DNA of 64,000 nt, from the NCBI GenBank assembly GCA_963710375.1, contig CAVPZX010000002.1:64001-128000 (forward strand), written 5' to 3'. Made by a program: the position numbers and the translations under genes. Below, one piece after another: positions 43,698-55,987 of this stretch; the stretch's first letter is position 1, and every line of letters begins with the position of its first letter. The notes under the pieces are model-generated. The model had not been told where the DNA came from. It did no database searches and worked only from the letters and a program-made list of their open reading frames with translations. This stretch comes from Nitrospirota bacterium. Lineage in GTDB: Bacteria > Nitrospirota > Thermodesulfovibrionia > Thermodesulfovibrionales > Dissulfurispiraceae.

Positions 43698-45050
43698 ATG
43701 GTTCATTCGTATCCGCATAATTTAGTGGAGATACTGCTCGAAAAATGGGATGCCGGCCAGGCCGTAGTTGCTTCAGGCGCTGCATCAATGGACGTTAAAT
43801 TTGACCAATTGCCGGGCTCCGCGGTGTTAGAGAGGCTTATTTCGACTTGTTACCAAACCAGCATATTGCTGGAAGAAGAGAGACCCTTGCGATTCAGGCT
43901 TATTTCACGAGACCCGGAAAGGCTTGCAGCCGAAGATGGTCCTCCCGATGGCCTGCACAGGCTTATTTTTAGTGAGCCTCGCCCCTTCAACGAATATGAG
44001 TTGCGGAAATTGGCACCCGCTGTCGATTATTCCCGTTCACTTATCGGTATTAAAGTAAACGCTGTTGGAGAACTCCAAATTTGGGGGTTAATACATTCGG
44101 GCTGGAGATGGATACAGGCAATAAGGGGAGGCGGACTGGAATATGCGCCGCTGCCTGAATCACTTGTTTTGTATGTTACAGGTCCAGGGCAAATTGTAGT
44201 TTGCAAGGGCTCTGCAATGATAGCTATGCTAAAGGGTGGAAAGATTTTCACACCAGCCAAGAGCGTATTCAAATCACGTTGGTTTAGTGATCGCCTCACT
44301 GAAGCATACACGGAACTCTGGAATCTCCATGAGGCTGCACGTTTAAAGGCGGATGGACATTGGGCTTTGCTGGAACGGAACTTCCCGAACATGATTGCCC
44401 AGGAAGTCACCAAACGCATAATCAGCACAGTGCGCAATTCTCACCACGGTGGTACAATAATCACTCTGCCCCAAAAGGTGGCGTCTGAGGTCTGCTCTGA
44501 GAATCATTACTTGAATATTAAGTACCCGTTTATAGATGAGGAACCAAGGCACAGGTTCCGCACATTGCTTATTAAACTCATGAACACTCTTGCAGAAAGT
44601 TATGGAGACTTAAGCCAGGCCTATCGGACCGTGGGCTGGAAAGAGTATGTTGCGAGCAAAAATGATGCCCTCACACAGCTCGACGAAGCTGTCTTAGAAT
44701 ACGCGCATTTCATCGCGGGCCTGACAGCTGTTGACGGTGCTGTCATACTATCGCAAAAGCATGAACTCATTGGTTTCGGGGGAGTGATTCTGGAATCTTT
44801 GAATAAGGTGAATCTTGTTGCGCGATCATTGGATTCTGAGGGCGATAGCACGGCATTGGAACCGGTGGACGGGGTAGGAATGCGCCACAGAACTGTTTAT
44901 CACCTTTGTAATGCGCTGCATGATGCCTTGGCAATGGTCATCTCCCAGGATGGAGATGTGGATGTCGTAAAGTGGAAAAATGGCATTGTCACTTGTTGGA
45001 CTGTCTCGCCATATCCGCATTTTACAGAAAATCCCGACATCCCTGACTAG
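43698..45050 (+). CDS. DACNV-type sensor domain fused to a diadenylate cyclase (DisA_N/DAC-like) domain
   Basis: C-terminal DAC motifs VDGAVIL...IGFG...GMRHR...VISQDG; N-terminal YQTSILLEEERPLRFRL as in DACNV proteins; RBS GGAGGT. Confidence 0.8.
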   Translation: MVHSYPHNLVEILLEKWDAGQAVVASGAASMDVKFDQLPGSAVLERLISTCYQTSILLEEERPLRFRLISRDPERLAAEDGPPDGLHRLIFSEPRPFNEYELRKLAPAVDYSRSLIGIKVNAVGELQIWGLIHSGWRWIQAIRGGGLEYAPLPESLVLYVTGPGQIVVCKGSAMIAMLKGGKIFTPAKSVFKSRWFSDRLTEAYTELWNLHEAARLKADGHWALLERNFPNMIAQEVTKRIISTVRNSHHGGTIITLPQKVASEVCSENHYLNIKYPFIDEEPRHRFRTLLIKLMNTLAESYGDLSQAYRTVGWKEYVASKNDALTQLDEAVLEYAHFIAGLTAVDGAVILSQKHELIGFGGVILESLNKVNLVARSLDSEGDSTALEPVDGVGMRHRTVYHLCNALHDALAMVISQDGDVDVVKWKNGIVTCWTVSPYPHFTENPDIPD

Positions 45051-45114
45051 AGTAAGCGGGACTGCGGTGCTTTAATGATTGCCAAATAGCGGTGTTTCTG
45101 TTATATTTCCTCCT

Positions 45115-46125
45115 ATGATGCCTACCGCAGGATATATTTTAGTTGTCGGTGCAGGGAGTTGGGGAACTACCCTGGCTGCCATGCTTGCCGACAAGGGTTT
45201 CGATGTTCTGCTTTGGGCGCACGAGGAAGAAATAGTTGAGCAAATCAACAATGACAGGACAAATGGTGTATACCTCCCGGACATAAAACTGCCTTTCTAC
45301 CTCAGGGCTACCACTAATCTTGTCGATGCTGTCGCTTCCGCCCGATATATTGTTAATGCTGTGCCGACCCAGTATATACGATCGGTCTTCCTTCATCTCA
45401 AAAGTCACCTGAGCTATGAATCCGTAATTGTCAGCGTGTCAAAAGGGATAGAGATAGGGACGCTTCTGACCCCTTCCCAGATACTGAAAGAGATTCTCGG
45501 CAGGCCTGTCTCAGTCCTGTCGGGACCGAGTTTCGCAAAAGAAGTCATGGCCCGGAAGCCCACTGCAGTCACTCTTGCAGCAGAAGACAAGAAAACAGGA
45601 CTGCTCCTGCAGGAACTTTTTAATACAGACTACTTCAGGGTGTATACCCATGACGATATCATCGGTGTTGAATTCGGCGGGGCATTGAAAAACGTCGTAG
45701 CCATTGCTGCGGGCATCTCCGACGGCATGGGTCTCGGCTATAATGCAAGGGCAGCGCTCATCACGAGGGGCCTCTCCGAAATAGCCCGCCTGAGCATACG
45801 TATGAATGCCAAGGAAATGACATTTTCCGGGCTCAGCGGTCTGGGGGACCTCGTGCTAACCTGCACCGGCGCACTCTCAAGGAATTACACTGTCGGCTTA
45901 AAACTAGGCCAGGGGATGAAACTGCACGAGATAACCGGAAAGATGCCGCAAATTGCCGAGGGAGTGGCCACTACACTATCGGCACATGACCTCTCGAAAA
46001 AACAAGAAGTGGATATGCCTATAACTGAGCAGGTGTATTTGACACTCTATGAAGACAAACCACCTACGGAAGCACTGAACGATCTGATGAACCGCTCTCT
46101 TAAAATGGAATTCCATGGTTACTGA
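45115..46125 (+). CDS. gpsA: NAD(P)H-dependent glycerol-3-phosphate dehydrogenase
   Basis: VGAGSWGT, SKGIE, SGPSFA, GALKNV, GLGDLVLTC, SRN. Confidence 0.96.
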   Translation: MMPTAGYILVVGAGSWGTTLAAMLADKGFDVLLWAHEEEIVEQINNDRTNGVYLPDIKLPFYLRATTNLVDAVASARYIVNAVPTQYIRSVFLHLKSHLSYESVIVSVSKGIEIGTLLTPSQILKEILGRPVSVLSGPSFAKEVMARKPTAVTLAAEDKKTGLLLQELFNTDYFRVYTHDDIIGVEFGGALKNVVAIAAGISDGMGLGYNARAALITRGLSEIARLSIRMNAKEMTFSGLSGLGDLVLTCTGALSRNYTVGLKLGQGMKLHEITGKMPQIAEGVATTLSAHDLSKKQEVDMPITEQVYLTLYEDKPPTEALNDLMNRSLKMEFHGY

Positions 46126-46128
46126 AAA

Positions 46129-46878
46129 GTGGACAACAAAATACTAAAGACGCTTCTTCGTGATGTAAAAACCGGAAGGGTGCCCGTAGGCAAGGCGCTT
46201 GACTCACTTAAACACCTTCCGTACGAGGAACTGGATTTTGCAAAGGTCGATCATCACCGGTCTATTCGCAGCGCTATTCCTGAAGTCATTTTCGCCCAGA
46301 ATAAAAAAACCGGTGATGTGGTCGCCATCGCCCATGCTATGCTGAAAAAGAGCGGCCGTTTTCTCATCACGAGGGCGAGGCAGGATATTTATGATGCAAT
46401 CGATGTGAAACAATCGAAGTTCTACCCTGCGTCCGGCATAATTTCATGCGGAAAAAACTTGCCCCTTAAAGGCCATGTACTAATCGTTTCCGCCGGGACA
46501 TCGGACATCCCTGTAGCAGAAGAGGCAGAAGTGACCGCTTCCTTTTTAGGCAGCAGGACCGAAAAAATTTTTGACGTCGGCGTTGCGGGAATTCACCGTG
46601 TCCTGAGTTTCAGGGACCGTATTGCACAAGCCCGTGTGATCATCGTTGTTGCAGGTATGGAAGGGGCCCTGCCTTCTGTAGTCGGAGGGCTGACTGACAA
46701 ACCGGTCGTGGCAGTGCCTACTTCTGTGGGCTACGGTACAAGCCTCGGCGGGCTTACCGCACTCTTTGCAATGCTCAATTCATGTGTACCGGGCATGGCG
46801 GTGGTCAATATCGACAATGGATTCGGCGCAGGCTGCCTGGCTCACAAGATAAACATAATAGGACTCAAGTCAGTTTAG
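46129..46878 (+). CDS. larB: Nickel-pincer cofactor biosynthesis protein LarB (PurE-like)
   Basis: AKVDHHR, PEVIF, AGTSDIPVAEEA, DVGVAGIHR, AGMEGALPSV, VPTSVGYG, VNIDNGFGA. Confidence 0.93.
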   Translation: MDNKILKTLLRDVKTGRVPVGKALDSLKHLPYEELDFAKVDHHRSIRSAIPEVIFAQNKKTGDVVAIAHAMLKKSGRFLITRARQDIYDAIDVKQSKFYPASGIISCGKNLPLKGHVLIVSAGTSDIPVAEEAEVTASFLGSRTEKIFDVGVAGIHRVLSFRDRIAQARVIIVVAGMEGALPSVVGGLTDKPVVAVPTSVGYGTSLGGLTALFAMLNSCVPGMAVVNIDNGFGAGCLAHKINIIGLKSV

Positions 46879-46889
46879 GTATTGAATCA

Positions 46890-48536
46890 ATGAATACGAA
46901 GAAGAAAGTCTTTCTTGGCCTTTGCGGCGTCGTCATAGCACTTGTTCTTGCAGTAGTCGTTTTCTCCCTCACCTTTGACATAAATTCCTACAAGCCCCGC
47001 ATCGAGGCCGTAGCTTCAGGAGCGACCGGCCTCGATGTAAAGATCAATGGGAAAATGGGTATATCTTTCTTTCCCTTTGGCATATCGGCTCAAGACATCC
47101 ACGTCTCCAACAAAGGAGGCGATATCCTTTCCCTCGAAAAACTCAAGATAGGGGCAGAGTTGATACCACTTCTGAAGAAGCGACTCAATGTCACCGAACT
47201 GGAGCTTGTCAAGCCGGTCGTCACCATTGTGAAAGACAGTAAGGATAAATATAATTTCGAAGGCACTGAACAGAAATCCAAGGAAGGGAGACCTGGAGCA
47301 GCCTTCAGCTTTAACGAGCTCAAAATGTCTCAGGGGGTACTGATATATCTCGACAAGAAGTCGGGGGAAAAGACGGAGTTGAGAGATTTCAATCTGGCTA
47401 TTAAGGATCTGTCAATAGCAGGGAACGTATCGTTCAAAGGAAGCTTCAACTGCAGGGAGGCGCTGCAAAGGGACTTCAAAATCGAGAATCTTAAGGCCAC
47501 TGTGAAAGCGGTCAAGGGGATGTTCGATTTCGAACCTCTTACCATCGGGACCCTCACTTACACTGACAAAAAAACGGGTAAAAAAACAGAGCTGAAAGAA
47601 ATTAATCTGGCTATCAATGATCTTTCCGTATCGAATACCTCAGGAGAAATTATAAAAAACATCACATTCACGGGCAACCTGGACTGCAAGGAGGTACGGG
47701 AAGGGGGCCTCGGGATCGACAACATCAAAAGTCCCATAAAAGCTGAGAAGGGTGTAATCTACCTCAGGCCTCTTAACATGGATATCTTCGGCGCAAAGGC
47801 TGACGCGGATGTCGCGGCAGACATGTCGGAAGTCAATGCCGTATATAAAATCAATTTGAAGATATCGAAGCTGGATTTCGAAAAGCTTGAGGAGTCCTTT
47901 GGCACAAAAAAGGTCATTGGCGGAAAGGGTGATCTTGACGCCTCACTTACGATGAAAGAAAAAGGCAGCCGCAATCTGATGAGCGGCATGGATGGTAACT
48001 TTTCCCTAAGGGGGAATAATCTCGTCATTTATACGATGGACCTCGACAAGATACTCTCGTCTCTTGAAGCAAGCCAGAAGTTCAACCTAGTCAACCTCGG
48101 CGCTTTCTTCATCGCCGGCCCTCTCGGTACCGCTGCACTCAAGGGTTACAGTTATGGGGACATTTACAACCAGACCCGCGGGGGGCGGGGCCTCATCACT
48201 CAGTTCGTCTCTCACTGGAAGATAAGGGCCGGTGTGGCGGACGCTACGGACTGCGCCCTTGCAACGCACCACAACCGGATCGCCCTTAAAGGCAAGCTCA
48301 ATCTTGTCAGCGAACGATATGATAATGTAATAGTGGCGCTTCTCAATGACAAGGGATGCGCAAAATTCAAACAGGTCATCAGCGGTCCCTTCGGTGGCCC
48401 TAAGATCGGCGCAGTGAGTACGGTCGAGACCATTGCCGGTCCACTCTTGAGTCTTTTCGGGAAGGCAAAGAGCCTGCTTCTAGGCGGCAAATGCGAGGTC
48501 TTTTATAACGGTGCTGTGCAGCAACCTCCAAAATGA
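46890..48536 (+). CDS. AsmA-family protein with an internal duplication
   Basis: N-terminal TM followed by FDINSYKPRIE...TGLDVKING and a beta-rich body; start at ATG 46890. Confidence 0.85.
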   Translation: MNTKKKVFLGLCGVVIALVLAVVVFSLTFDINSYKPRIEAVASGATGLDVKINGKMGISFFPFGISAQDIHVSNKGGDILSLEKLKIGAELIPLLKKRLNVTELELVKPVVTIVKDSKDKYNFEGTEQKSKEGRPGAAFSFNELKMSQGVLIYLDKKSGEKTELRDFNLAIKDLSIAGNVSFKGSFNCREALQRDFKIENLKATVKAVKGMFDFEPLTIGTLTYTDKKTGKKTELKEINLAINDLSVSNTSGEIIKNITFTGNLDCKEVREGGLGIDNIKSPIKAEKGVIYLRPLNMDIFGAKADADVAADMSEVNAVYKINLKISKLDFEKLEESFGTKKVIGGKGDLDASLTMKEKGSRNLMSGMDGNFSLRGNNLVIYTMDLDKILSSLEASQKFNLVNLGAFFIAGPLGTAALKGYSYGDIYNQTRGGRGLITQFVSHWKIRAGVADATDCALATHHNRIALKGKLNLVSERYDNVIVALLNDKGCAKFKQVISGPFGGPKIGAVSTVETIAGPLLSLFGKAKSLLLGGKCEVFYNGAVQQPPK

Positions 48537-48606
48537 AACCCTTCTTGTGCCGGAATGTTATTGCTCATCGATCCCCATATTTTGATATCTTTGGTCAGTC
48601 TCTACC

Positions 48607-49044
48607 TCAGCATATCTTTTCATCTTTATTCAAGATCGCCAATGTGATCCTTGACACACAGACCAGTTTGTCATTCTGGTTAGTTATTGTTATTTCCCAT
48701 ACATGGGTCTTCCTGCCGATGTGGATGGGCTTCACAACCCCGTAGACACGACCCGGGCGTGCGGGTCTGATATGATTTCCATTGATCTCCATCCCGACAC
48801 AATATTGTTTTTCCCTGTCGATACACATGAAACCGGCAATGCTTCCAAGGGATTCGGCTAACGTCAGAGACGCACCACCGTGAAGTATCCCGGCAGGTTG
48901 AACTGTCCTGTGGTCAACAGGCATCACGCCTTTAAGGTAGTCATCTCCGATTTCAGTGAATTCAATCCCAAGATGCTGAACCAATGTATTTTCGGACCTC
49001 TTGTTGAGGTCTTCAACTGTCATTTTGCCTTTCCATATGGCCAT
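48607..49044 (-). CDS. Hotdog-fold thioesterase (MenI/YdiI-like)
   Basis: LGIEF, MPVDHRTVQPAGILHGGAS...AES. Confidence 0.9.
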   Translation of the reverse strand: MAIWKGKMTVEDLNKRSENTLVQHLGIEFTEIGDDYLKGVMPVDHRTVQPAGILHGGASLTLAESLGSIAGFMCIDREKQYCVGMEINGNHIRPARPGRVYGVVKPIHIGRKTHVWEITITNQNDKLVCVSRITLAILNKDEKIC

Positions 49045-49094
49045 CTGGTCCTCCTCCTATTCTTTATCAATATTTTGTTTTGCTCCATTCCGAC

Positions 49095-49913
49095 TCACTG
49101 TGCGTCGGGGATAAAAAGGGCATTGCCGTTTTTATCTTTGTACGATGCGATAACCTGCTGGCCCTCTTTTGATATAAGCCAATTTATGAATGTCATTGCC
49201 TCGTTGTATTTGGCATGCTTATACTTCTGAGGATTTACCGCCATAACGCCATATTGATTGAATAAGGCAGGGTCTCCCTCAAGTACAATAACCATATCGA
49301 GCCTGTCCTTATCTTTGACGGCAAGCCATGTGCCCCTGTCAGTAAGAGTGTAGGCGCGTTTTTCATTTGCTATCCTCTGGGTCTTTTCCATCCCCTGCCC
49401 CGCGTCCAGATACCATTTCTGTCCCTTTGGATCGAGGCCTGCTTTCTTCCATATGGACAATTCCTTTATGTGCGTGCCTGATTTGTCGCCTCTCGAAACG
49501 AATGGGACTGATGAGCCTGCAATCCTTCTGAAGGCCTCTGCAGCCGATTTCAGGCCCCGCACCTTTGCAGGGTCATCGGGCGGCCCTATGATGACAAAGT
49601 CGTTGTACATGACGTCGTGGCGGTTTACAAAATATCCCTCTTCAACAGCTTTCAGTTCCTGCTCTTTTGCATGTACAAAAACGACGTCCGCATCGCCTCT
49701 TTTCCCGATTTCAATAGCAGCGCCGGTGCCAACGGCAACAACGTCAACTTTAATGCCGGTTTTCTTCTCAAATATGGGCAGAAGGTAATCGTACAGGCCG
49801 GAATTCTGCGTGCTGGTAGTTGAGGCGCACAGTATCTTTGTCCCGGCATAAACAATTCCGCAGGTGAGCAGCAGTGCAGACAAAAGGAATAAGAAAAAAA
49901 CTTTCATTTTCAT
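49095..49913 (-). CDS. tupA: Tungstate ABC transporter substrate-binding protein
   Basis: Signal peptide, TTS motif (STTSTQNSGL), VGTGAA, MYNDF, SRGDKSGTH, DRGTW. Confidence 0.92.
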   Translation of the reverse strand: MKMKVFFLFLLSALLLTCGIVYAGTKILCASTTSTQNSGLYDYLLPIFEKKTGIKVDVVAVGTGAAIEIGKRGDADVVFVHAKEQELKAVEEGYFVNRHDVMYNDFVIIGPPDDPAKVRGLKSAAEAFRRIAGSSVPFVSRGDKSGTHIKELSIWKKAGLDPKGQKWYLDAGQGMEKTQRIANEKRAYTLTDRGTWLAVKDKDRLDMVIVLEGDPALFNQYGVMAVNPQKYKHAKYNEAMTFINWLISKEGQQVIASYKDKNGNALFIPDAQ

Positions 49914-50011
49914 AATATCATCCTCCTATATATTTTCAAAAGTATACTATATTATTAAAATGTGAACAATAACCATGACTCTCTCCCCTGTTTTCTTTTA
50001 TAATGCATTAT

Positions 50012-50719
50012 ATGTCTCCGCTATTGGATGGACTAGGGAAAGCCCTCACCCTTATCGTCAGCTTCAACCCTGAACTGCTGGGTATCATACTCCTGTCTTT
50101 AGCTGTTTCCGGTACCGCCCTGTTCGTTGCAACCTCTCTCGGTCTTCCCTTCGGCGCTTTAATGGGTCTCAAAGAGCTCCCGGCGCGAGGGCTGCTTATC
50201 AATCTTATGAACACGTTCATGGGGCTGCCTCCCGTGGTCGTGGGGCTTTTTTTGTATTTGCTGCTCTCGAGAAGCGGTCCCCTGGGTTTTATGGGGCTGC
50301 TCTACTCCCCCTCTGCTATGATAGTCGCACAGGCCATTCTTGCCTTCCCCATTGTGGCGGCACTCTGCCATTCTGCCATTGTCAATGTCGATCCCCTTAT
50401 CAGGCAAGCCTCGTTGACCCTCGGCGCAACCCCCTTACAGGTCACTGTTACTGTTATCAAAGAGGCCAGGTATGGGATCATGTCCGCCATCATTGCAGCC
50501 TTCGGAAGAGTAATGGCAGAGGTAGGAGCTATATTGATCGTGGGGGGAAATATTGCCGGGTACACAAGGGTCATGACCACCACCATAGCATTGGAAACCG
50601 ACAAGGGAAACTTTGAACTGGCGCTGGCACTGGGCATTATCCTTCTGGCGCTATCTTTGCTTATAAACAGCATGCTGCATGTGGTGCAGAAAAAAGGAGC
50701 GGTATCATTACAAAGATGA
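50012..50719 (+). CDS. tupB: Tungstate ABC transporter permease
   Basis: MGLPPVVVGL, FGRVMAEVGA, GGNIAGYTRVMTTTIALET. ATG 50003 is an alternative start. Confidence 0.92.
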   Translation: MSPLLDGLGKALTLIVSFNPELLGIILLSLAVSGTALFVATSLGLPFGALMGLKELPARGLLINLMNTFMGLPPVVVGLFLYLLLSRSGPLGFMGLLYSPSAMIVAQAILAFPIVAALCHSAIVNVDPLIRQASLTLGATPLQVTVTVIKEARYGIMSAIIAAFGRVMAEVGAILIVGGNIAGYTRVMTTTIALETDKGNFELALALGIILLALSLLINSMLHVVQKKGAVSLQR

Positions 50720-51363
50720 ACCTTACCTTGCAAGTATCGGACATAGCAAAAAGCTATAACGGCAATACGGTGCTGGACCATTGCTCTTTCTCATTCGATG
50801 CCGTGGGAACATATGTACTGACAGGACCCAACGGCTGCGGCAAATCAACCTTCCTCAGGATCTGCGCACTTATCGAGCAGCCGGACACCGGTTCGGTCAC
50901 GTTATACTCAGAAGGCTCAACGCTAAAAGAGACAATGGATGTGAAACGCAGGTTGACCCTTGTGCTGCCTAAAGTCGGCGTCTTTAACACAACGGTCATG
51001 AAGAATGCAGCCTACGGTTTGAGGATAAGGGATACCGACAAGGTCACTATACTGGAAAAGACTCAGCGCGCTCTCGAATTCGTGGGTCTTGCGCACAAGA
51101 GCCATCAGAACGCCCTGACTCTATCGAGTGGTGAGACGAAAAGGCTCGGTATTGCAAGAGCGCTCATCATAGAGCCTGACATTCTCTTTCTTGATGAGCC
51201 CACTGCTTCGGTAGATAGTAAAAACACAAGAATAATTGAAACCATCCTCGAATCGCTTAAGTCGGACAATAAATCTATTGTCGTAATAGCGACGCATGAC
51301 AATGATCAGGCGAAACGCCTTGCCGACCGCTTGCTGGTTATGAAAGACGGGAGGATTTGGTAG
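50716..51363 (+). CDS. tupC: Tungstate ABC transporter ATPase
   Basis: GPNGCGKST, LSSGE signature, FLDEPT, ATH; coupled to tupB. Confidence 0.88.
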   Translation: MNLTLQVSDIAKSYNGNTVLDHCSFSFDAVGTYVLTGPNGCGKSTFLRICALIEQPDTGSVTLYSEGSTLKETMDVKRRLTLVLPKVGVFNTTVMKNAAYGLRIRDTDKVTILEKTQRALEFVGLAHKSHQNALTLSSGETKRLGIARALIIEPDILFLDEPTASVDSKNTRIIETILESLKSDNKSIVVIATHDNDQAKRLADRLLVMKDGRIW

Positions 51364-51520
51364 CGGGTCAGTCCTGCTTCAAGATGGGTACTTCCTGTAC
51401 TCACCACCTTACAGACATGTCTAGGAAGTGTCACCTTCGAGTGGAATGTGTTGGACCTCAAACCTCTTTGACCGTAGCTGCTTCTTCAGTGCGATGGTCT
51501 TGCCCGTGGTAAGATAAGTT

Positions 51521-52198
51521 ATGCGCAATCTCAATGCTCAGGCATGGCTCAGCCTCGTCGTCCTCACCGTCGTAATGGCTCTTCTGCTATTCATTCCAGC
51601 TGGGACCATCGACTACTGGCAGGCATGGGTGTACCTATTGATCTTTATGGGGTCATCCCTCCTTACGACGCTCTATCTCATGAAAAAGGACCAGGCGCTT
51701 CTCAATCGTCGCATGCGGGGTGGGCCGACTGCTGAAAAGCGAAGAACACAGAAGCTCATTATGCTCTGTATGTCAATCTGCTTCATTGCTCTTCTTGTCG
51801 TCCCTGCGCTCGACCACCGCTTCCGGTGGTCTGCAATGCCGCTCTCCTGCGTTATAGTCGGGGACGTTCTCGTTGCGATAGGGTTCTATTTCATTTTCCT
51901 CATCTACAAAGAAAACACGTTCACTTCTGCGACCATCGAAGTCGCGGACGGTCAGAAGGTGATTTCTACTGGGCCATATGCCATTGTGCGCCACCCTCTG
52001 TACGCCAGCTCGTTGTTGTACTTGGTTGGCACTCCTCTTGCCCTGGGTTCGTTTTGGGACCTCCTCACGCTCTCGGCCATGATGCCATTCCTGATATGGC
52101 GGCTCTATGACGAGGAGAGCTTTCTCGCTGGGAATCTTCCTGGATATACGGAATACCAGAAAAAGGTCCGGCATCGTCTTATACCCTTTATTTGGTAG
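51521..52198 (+). CDS. Isoprenylcysteine carboxyl methyltransferase family membrane protein
   Basis: Multiple TM segments; QKVISTGPYAIVRHPLY, EESFL...LPGY. Confidence 0.88.
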   Translation: MRNLNAQAWLSLVVLTVVMALLLFIPAGTIDYWQAWVYLLIFMGSSLLTTLYLMKKDQALLNRRMRGGPTAEKRRTQKLIMLCMSICFIALLVVPALDHRFRWSAMPLSCVIVGDVLVAIGFYFIFLIYKENTFTSATIEVADGQKVISTGPYAIVRHPLYASSLLYLVGTPLALGSFWDLLTLSAMMPFLIWRLYDEESFLAGNLPGYTEYQKKVRHRLIPFIW

Positions 52199-52208
52199 AA
52201 TGTCGGGG

Positions 52209-52237
52209 TTGACAAAGGTATTTGCAGGTGATAAACT
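52209..52237 (+). promoter_or_regulatory. sigma70 promoter of the perR-katG unit
   Basis: TTGACA-N17-TAAACT with an extended TG. Confidence 0.7.
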
Positions 52238-52267
52238 TTTTTCATTAGGAATAGTTCCGGATAAGCC

Positions 52268-55001
<2,734 letters not shown>

Positions 55002-55053
55002 TCGTAGCATAAACGTCTTCGAGGGCTTTTGACAGGGCGACGAAAGAACGGTC

Positions 55054-55110
55054 AGCTAACAACCGGTCCAGCGCACGGCGTAACGCCGCCGCTGGACCGG
55101 AACGTTACTC
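55054..55110 (+). mobile_element. Integron attC-like site (57 bp)
   Basis: AGCTAAC...CCGGTCCAGCG-CA-CGGCGTAACGCCG-C-CGCTGGACCGG...GTTACTC. Confidence 0.65.
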
Positions 55111-55290
55111 TATAGTACGCTCGAAAATCTTCACTGTTGCAGATAATCGAACTATGTTTGTTTGTCAGGTGCAGCCGTCAAAATGTTTGTCTGACTTACT
55201 GGGCACAACGGGCCGGGCTCAATAGTGCGGCTTTTTGGCTCATTAACTTCTAATAGTCTTACGTGATAAGATGTAAGTGTTAAGACGGTA

Positions 55291-55806
55291 GTGTATAATT
55301 CTTCAGGTAATTTGAAAGCAACAAAGAAACATAAGGGAAAAAATCATTCGAAAGGCGGCCTTAGGGTCGTTGCCCTATTTGAAGCTGCAAAAGGGTTGCT
55401 TGTAGTGTTTGTTGGTTTTGGATTGCTGGCGTTCATTAATAAGGACATTCACTCGGCTGCCGAGCGTCTCGTTCGGCACTTCCACTTGGATCCGGCCAGA
55501 CATTACCCCAGGATTTTCATCGATGCGGCTCAGCACTTGACAGATCGGTATCTTTGGGCAATGGCCTTCTCTGCGATTCTCTACTCGGGGGTTCGCTTCG
55601 TAGAAGCGTATGGTCTATGGCATCAGAGGCAGTGGGCCAAATGGTTCGGGCTCCTTTCGGGAGCAATGTACGTCCCTGTAGAGCTGGTCGAAATAATGCG
55701 GGGCGTGACGTGGCCCAAAATTACTGTATTAGTCATCAACTCAGGGATTGTGGGATATCTGGCTTATGCCTTATGGCGGTCACGCCGTGACAGAAAACTT
55801 GCCTGA
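55291..55806 (+). CDS. DUF2127-like membrane protein
   Basis: LRVVALFEAAKG...RFVEAYGLW...WAKWF...YVPVELVE; start uncertain. Confidence 0.8.
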   Translation: MYNSSGNLKATKKHKGKNHSKGGLRVVALFEAAKGLLVVFVGFGLLAFINKDIHSAAERLVRHFHLDPARHYPRIFIDAAQHLTDRYLWAMAFSAILYSGVRFVEAYGLWHQRQWAKWFGLLSGAMYVPVELVEIMRGVTWPKITVLVINSGIVGYLAYALWRSRRDRKLA

Positions 55807-55987
55807 AATCGCATGAGAGTGTTTCAGGGTTATTGAAATGATGCTTCCTGAATTCCGCGCAACTTGAGCAGGGATTAAGAATGAATGTTTCTTTTGGTAT
55901 TTGTACGGCAGAGGTCGTATAATAGTCCATGTCTGGTGTTATATAGATCGTGTAATAAATTCTTAGTCTAAAAGAAGAGGAACCCCT

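Noticed and set aside
55200..55290. Possible further attC start (GCACAACGGGCCGGGCTCA)
   Set aside because: I could not find a matching complementary arm.
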